From: Muribaculaceae bacterium | Lineage (GTDB): Bacteria > Bacteroidota > Bacteroidia > Bacteroidales > Muribaculaceae | DNA: 64,000 nt | Reading direction: 5' to 3' | NCBI GenBank assembly: GCA_028689665.1 | Contig: JAQVCR010000013.1 | Coordinates: 2 to 64,001 of the forward strand | In this document: piece after piece, positions 59,633-64,000 of the stretch | How the letters are laid out: each line of letters begins with the position of its first letter | Numbering within the stretch: the stretch's first letter is position 1 | Notes under the pieces: generated by a model | The model's input: the letters and a program-made list of their open reading frames with translations, nothing else | The model's database searches: none | What the model was told of the DNA's origin: nothing | Made by a program: the position numbers and the translations under genes

Positions 59633-60973
59633 TTAATTAATTGTATCGCGATGCATACATTCTGTTTCATCTATTCTTGAATCATCATTTATATGCTTAA
59701 TGACTTCTTCTTTACCGATTATTTTGAGAAAATCTGAAACCTCCGGAGGAATATAGTTGTCCTTAACTACAAAGTAAAGATATAATGCTTTACTTATTGG
59801 CTCTCCATCTTTTCGCAACTCATAAACACACCCATTGTCGTTCTTGTAAGCAGAACCGTCAGGAATATAATATTCACTTCCTAGCAGTATACAGCCTTTA
59901 TTCTTGTGCAATTTCAATTCTATTCTATTGAAATCGTTATAGAATTCCACCGAATTATTAGCATCTAGCTTATTTGTCAACAGGCTGTTGTAATGCTTAA
60001 GCGTACTGCTTGCCAGTGTAGTCCTAAATATATTTATCGTTTTGTCTTCAAAATATTTGTGAAGTAACAAATCTAGATTTTGAACTGTTATCGTCTTATT
60101 TTTCTCATTTACAAATTCCTTGAATTTATCTTTTGGTATCAGAAGAACTGAAAGATTATCCATATCGTTGCCTAAAGCAACCTCTACCAATTTCAGTTTT
60201 TGCTTTTGTAACCTTAATATCTGTAATGAATCAAAAATCTGATTAATATCGGCTCTTCCAGCCGACATGGCAATAACATGATAATTCTTTGCACCTTCGG
60301 TCCCTACTTCTCGCAGTAGTCTTAAAGCGTTATATGTAGCAGCATTAAAAATAAATATATCCGAGTTATTATGTATGCCCTCAAATGTATTTAGATACTT
60401 ACACACAGTGCCACTTCCCATCAAGAATAAATGCTTATAGGAATGTGATTGTCTGAGATTGCCAAATAGAAAGCCTAAAGCCATTAACAATAACGACGCA
60501 AAAACAAATATTGCTATCTTCTTTTTATTCCAATACTTAGAAGGTGGGATAATAGTTGTATTGTGATTTATGAATTGCGAAATAGATTGCGCTACTTCAT
60601 TCATATTAGAATTAGTAACTATATGCTTGTCTTGTAGATGCAGCTTTAGCTGTCCTCTCAATTCAGAGCTGTCTAGGCTTATTGGGATAATATCAATATT
60701 ATTATCAAACGCAATTCCTACTTCATTCTTTACATAGTTTGAGTTACCGGCATCTTTTGAAAGTAATACAACAACTGCTTTTACTCCAATTATTATATCC
60801 GGTATTATATCACCAAATCGGCTTCCTCCTTTCAGCTGCTCTTTAGCAAGCCATGGAACAGCGCCGCTATTCCGTAATTCTTCGCATAGCTTACTTGCGA
60901 CGGCTTCATCTTCATGAGAATAACTGATAAAGACATCAAACTTGATATTTTTTTTAGTGCTATCTATTTCCAT
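59633..60973 (-). CDS. TIR-domain protein with one TM helix and ~270-aa predicted extracytoplasmic C-terminal domain
   Basis: FDVFISYSHEDEAVA...VVVLLSKDAGNSNYVKNEVGIAF is a TIR core with a candidate catalytic Glu. KYWNKKK precedes the TM helix IAIFVFASLLLMALGFLFG, so the positive-inside rule places the TIR in the cytoplasm. Confidence 0.7.
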   Translation of the reverse strand: MEIDSTKKNIKFDVFISYSHEDEAVASKLCEELRNSGAVPWLAKEQLKGGSRFGDIIPDIIIGVKAVVVLLSKDAGNSNYVKNEVGIAFDNNIDIIPISLDSSELRGQLKLHLQDKHIVTNSNMNEVAQSISQFINHNTTIIPPSKYWNKKKIAIFVFASLLLMALGFLFGNLRQSHSYKHLFLMGSGTVCKYLNTFEGIHNNSDIFIFNAATYNALRLLREVGTEGAKNYHVIAMSAGRADINQIFDSLQILRLQKQKLKLVEVALGNDMDNLSVLLIPKDKFKEFVNEKNKTITVQNLDLLLHKYFEDKTINIFRTTLASSTLKHYNSLLTNKLDANNSVEFYNDFNRIELKLHKNKGCILLGSEYYIPDGSAYKNDNGCVYELRKDGEPISKALYLYFVVKDNYIPPEVSDFLKIIGKEEVIKHINDDSRIDETECMHRDTIN

Positions 60974-61004
60974 CGTTGTAATAAATAAGGTCTAATTTAT
61001 TGTC

Positions 61005-61499
61005 TTATAATTTCGCACCGCAATTGTTGCAAAACTTTGCTTTGCTTTCTTGTTGAGCCCCGCAAGTTGTACAAAATTTCATAGTAGAATTATCTGATTC
61101 AACAGGGTGGCTGTCGACATACGCTTGTGCTATATTGATTGCTTGTTCATCTAATTGTGATTGCTGTATCATTCCCCAAATCTGTGGAATCAAGACAGGC
61201 CAAAATACCAGCATCGAGATAGCTGTAGGCAATGCCTGCTGCCCGAAAATACCTACTCCGGCTTCTATGAATATAGAATCATTAAGTGGCTGAATATTGA
61301 TTTTTAGAGCTGTACGCATTCCTAACACAGCCTTAAACACTCCTCCTTTTGTAATAGATATATCGTATGTGCCACCTATTAGCTCTTGTGCAACAACCTC
61401 ATACCCATCATTCTTATAGAATCGTTCAATTTCTCGGGCAATTCCGGGAATATACGATGGCGATGAAGAAATAGTCTTTTTTGATTTAAAAGTTCCCAT
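61005..61499 (-). CDS. hypothetical protein with C-terminal zinc ribbon
   Basis: FCTTCGAQQESKAKFCNNCGAKL at the C-terminus, plus one hydrophobic segment. Confidence 0.5.
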   Translation of the reverse strand: MGTFKSKKTISSSPSYIPGIAREIERFYKNDGYEVVAQELIGGTYDISITKGGVFKAVLGMRTALKINIQPLNDSIFIEAGVGIFGQQALPTAISMLVFWPVLIPQIWGMIQQSQLDEQAINIAQAYVDSHPVESDNSTMKFCTTCGAQQESKAKFCNNCGAKL

Positions 61500-61504
61500 A
61501 CATT

Positions 61505-62386
61505 TTATTTTAATTTAGTTCCACAATGTCTACAAAACTGCCACTCCGAGTCAATATCATTGCCACAATTCGGGCATCTATCTTTGCTACTCTCACCTTT
61601 TGTATTCAAATTATTGATGATACGACGATATTGCTCACTTCGGCTCCATAATAATATTTCGCGCACACGAACAGCGGCAAAAGGATGCGAATTATTCATC
61701 GTTGCCAATACCTGCAACGTCTTGTTCCATAAGCCGCCATCGCGAATATCCTCGTAGCGCTCGGCTTGTGTTGCCCACTCTTCAATGTTAATGTCGTCGG
61801 TTACACATTTAGGACCGCCTGCCAATCGTACTTGAGTACGAAGCACCGCATCAACATTAGTTATAAGTGCAGCCGCTCGGTCGCACGAAAGCTCACTCTT
61901 GCGTTGCCAATATAGCAATGCATACTTTATAGGAGCTAAAATATCACCAAGAAGTCCCATCGAGCCATTCAGCAACATAGTTGCCATAGTGTGATACAAT
62001 ACATGGTGGCAGGCTATATGACCACACTCGTGTGCAATCACAGAGTCAACCTCTTCATCATCAAGATATTCCAATAGCCCGGAAGTTACGACAATAAATA
62101 TCTGGCTATCGCCATAAGTATAAGCATTTGGCGACGGATCCATCTGAAGATAAAATTCAGGCTCCTTAATTCCCAATTGATTACAAATGCGTGGCAACCT
62201 ATTATATATCTTAGGCAGCTGCGTAGGCGATAGACGTATCGTTGATGCCATGTTTATACCATGGTACATCTTTTCAAATCCCATCTTCAGGAATGCCTTT
62301 ACAGCGACCGAAAAACCCGGGATAGCCTCCATGTTGCGAAGTGCCGCCTCATCTTCGGGGTGTATAAAATCTTGTGCGTGTATCAT
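61505..62386 (-). CDS. M48-family zinc metallopeptidase (no signal peptide) with C-terminal zinc ribbon
   Basis: HECGHIACHH (HExxH) motif and RCPNCGNDIDSEWQFCRHCGTKL at the C-terminus. Confidence 0.7.
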   Translation of the reverse strand: MIHAQDFIHPEDEAALRNMEAIPGFSVAVKAFLKMGFEKMYHGINMASTIRLSPTQLPKIYNRLPRICNQLGIKEPEFYLQMDPSPNAYTYGDSQIFIVVTSGLLEYLDDEEVDSVIAHECGHIACHHVLYHTMATMLLNGSMGLLGDILAPIKYALLYWQRKSELSCDRAAALITNVDAVLRTQVRLAGGPKCVTDDINIEEWATQAERYEDIRDGGLWNKTLQVLATMNNSHPFAAVRVREILLWSRSEQYRRIINNLNTKGESSKDRCPNCGNDIDSEWQFCRHCGTKLK

Positions 62387-62387
62387 A

Positions 62388-64000
62388 TTATTTATTTATT
62401 TTCTGAGACTTCCATTGTTCATACTTCTGTAATATTATTTGTACCATTTTCGAGTCTGCTGGAGGAGTATAAGACGAAAACTGAATACCGATTTTACCCG
62501 GTTCAAACGACTCTTCAATAATATTTAGATTTTCATCCATGAACACTATATGTCTCGTATTATTTGCATTCTGCATAATTACCCCACTCATTGGATAAAT
62601 TGGGTCATATATATTCCAAGAACAAAATTCAAGAATAAAATAGACACCCTTAAGCCCTTTATTATACGCAACGCCTCCTTCTACAGGAGTGCCAGTGACC
62701 AAATCTTTCCATATAAGTTGCCCCTTATCATCATATTTATATGCCGCAGAAAAAAACTTCATTGCTAAGTCATAGCGCTTGGTATCATAATATAACGCCC
62801 CCAAATTATTTTGAACACCTGTTATATTTTCAGAAAAGACTTCTGGATTCTTTTCTGCTAATTGCTTATAAATTTCCAAAGCCGAATTAAACATTTTTTC
62901 CGCCAATTCATAGCGCTGTGCTTCTCTATATAAATGTCCTAGATTTAGTTTGACACGAGCTACATCGGGAGTATATACATCCGGATTCTTTTCTGCCAAT
63001 TGATTATACGTATTCAAAGCTAAATTGAACAAATTTTCGGCTAAGTCATAGCGTTGTGTACTATAGTAGAAATATCCTAAATTGTTTTGCGCACTTGCAA
63101 CAAATCTTGAATATACTTCTTGATTATTCTTGCATAGTTTAGTATAATTTTCTATCGTAGCTTTATACATATTTTCTGCTAAATCATAACGCTGTGTATC
63201 GCCATATATAGTAGCTAAGTTATTTTGCGCCATAGCTACATCTTGGAGGTAAGTTTCAGGGCTTATAATAGCTAATTCATTGTAAAGTGATAGCGCTGAC
63301 TTTAAATATTTTTCTGCTAAATCATATTGTTGTTTAGCACTATAAAAGGTCCCCAAATTATTTTGTATGTTAGCCTCATTTTTTGAATACACATCAGGAT
63401 TCTTTTCTGACAATCGTTGAAAAATTTCTAACGATGATTTATACAGACTTTCGGCTGAGTCATATTGTTGAGTCTCTTCATATAAACCCGCCAAACTATT
63501 TTGTTCATTTGCTACATAAGAGCTATACACTTCTGAATTCTTTTCTGCCAATTGCTTATAAATTTCCAGCGAAGATTTATACATATTTTCGGCTAAATCA
63601 TAACGCTGTGTTTCTCGATATAAAATACCTAAATTATTCTGTATGTTTGCAACTTTTTTAGAATACACATCTCGATTCTTTTCTGCTAATTGTTGATAAA
63701 TATCCAATGAAGATTTATACGAACCTTCAGATAAGTCATAACGCTGCGTTTCTTGATATAAACAGCCTAAACTATTCTGTATGTTTGCAACATTTTTAGA
63801 ATACACATCTCGATTCTTTTCTGCTAATTGTTGATAAATATTCAACGAAGATATAAGTATACTTTCTGCTAAGTCGTAGCGTTGTGTATCTTTATAAATA
63901 AGTCCTAAATTATTTTGTTGCAATGCCATAACTGGGGAATATACCATCGGATTTGTTTCTACCAATTGTTTATAAATTTCCAGCGAAGATTTAAGCATAT
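62388..64000 (-). CDS. TPR-repeat protein (about nine ~46-aa repeats) plus ~115-aa C-terminal domain; N-terminus beyond window
   Basis: The repeat YSKxVANIQNxLGxLYxETQRYDLAExxYKSSLxIYxQLAEKNxxV recurs. The reading frame is still open at the window edge. Confidence 0.75.
   Translation of the reverse strand, partial: MLKSSLEIYKQLVETNPMVYSPVMALQQNNLGLIYKDTQRYDLAESILISSLNIYQQLAEKNRDVYSKNVANIQNSLGCLYQETQRYDLSEGSYKSSLDIYQQLAEKNRDVYSKKVANIQNNLGILYRETQRYDLAENMYKSSLEIYKQLAEKNSEVYSSYVANEQNSLAGLYEETQQYDSAESLYKSSLEIFQRLSEKNPDVYSKNEANIQNNLGTFYSAKQQYDLAEKYLKSALSLYNELAIISPETYLQDVAMAQNNLATIYGDTQRYDLAENMYKATIENYTKLCKNNQEVYSRFVASAQNNLGYFYYSTQRYDLAENLFNLALNTYNQLAEKNPDVYTPDVARVKLNLGHLYREAQRYELAEKMFNSALEIYKQLAEKNPEVFSENITGVQNNLGALYYDTKRYDLAMKFFSAAYKYDDKGQLIWKDLVTGTPVEGGVAYNKGLKGVYFILEFCSWNIYDPIYPMSGVIMQNANNTRHIVFMDENLNIIEESFEPGKIGIQFSSYTPPADSKMVQIILQKYEQWKSQKINK

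Noticed and set aside
1-64000. A search for tRNA, rRNA, CRISPR, transposase or integrase genes.
   Set aside because: None were recognised. All intergenic regions are AT-rich or low-complexity, with no cloverleaf-like GC-rich segments. No ORF shows DDE transposase or tyrosine/serine recombinase motifs.

Overview
All family calls are motif recognition by eye; no database search or folding program was run. The window looks like a Bacteroidota (Bacteroidales-like) chromosomal segment of about 60 genes. Support for that assignment is a SusC/SusD pair, several T9SS-type C-terminal sorting tails, and TAnnTTTG -7 promoter boxes upstream of many genes.

Layout:
(1) 1-8342: secreted surface proteins, including a large endonuclease-I nuclease. 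Between them sits an AbiEi/AbiEii toxin-antitoxin module whose toxin carries an in-frame TGA.
(2) 8387-12599: rlmN, an LruC-domain lipoprotein and a GHL10 hydrolase.
(3) 12600-13945: an unusual 1.35-kb divergent intergenic region made of three different tandem arrays. These are 11-mers nested in a higher-order repeat, 26 perfectly phased G-free heptamers, and five 55-56-nt units inside a 298-nt T-free tract. The region also holds one copy of a roughly 100-nt element present three times in the window.
(4) 13946-31749: a Wzx/Wzy-type surface-polysaccharide locus. It encodes uronic-acid, pyruvylation, amino-sugar, ATP-grasp and acetyltransferase functions, two PglC-type initiating transferases, a GT2 gene remnant and an AT-rich central module.
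(5) 31821-33307: a MarR/ferredoxin/thioredoxin redox operon.
(6) 33601-42554: a protease-type PUL (metalloprotease, SusC, SusD, T9SS cargo).
(7) 42875-55094: mostly housekeeping genes (RluA, CoA transferase, DEAD-box helicase, DacB, RsmI).
(8) 55226-57637: a second endonuclease-I paralog.
(9) 57746-64000: a tightly packed minus-strand five-gene operon. Its products are a TPR protein, an M48 peptidase, a zinc-ribbon protein, a TIR-TM receptor-like protein and a TM-Rossmann-RyR protein.

The operon in (9) is my best candidate for an undescribed TIR-based conflict or signalling system.
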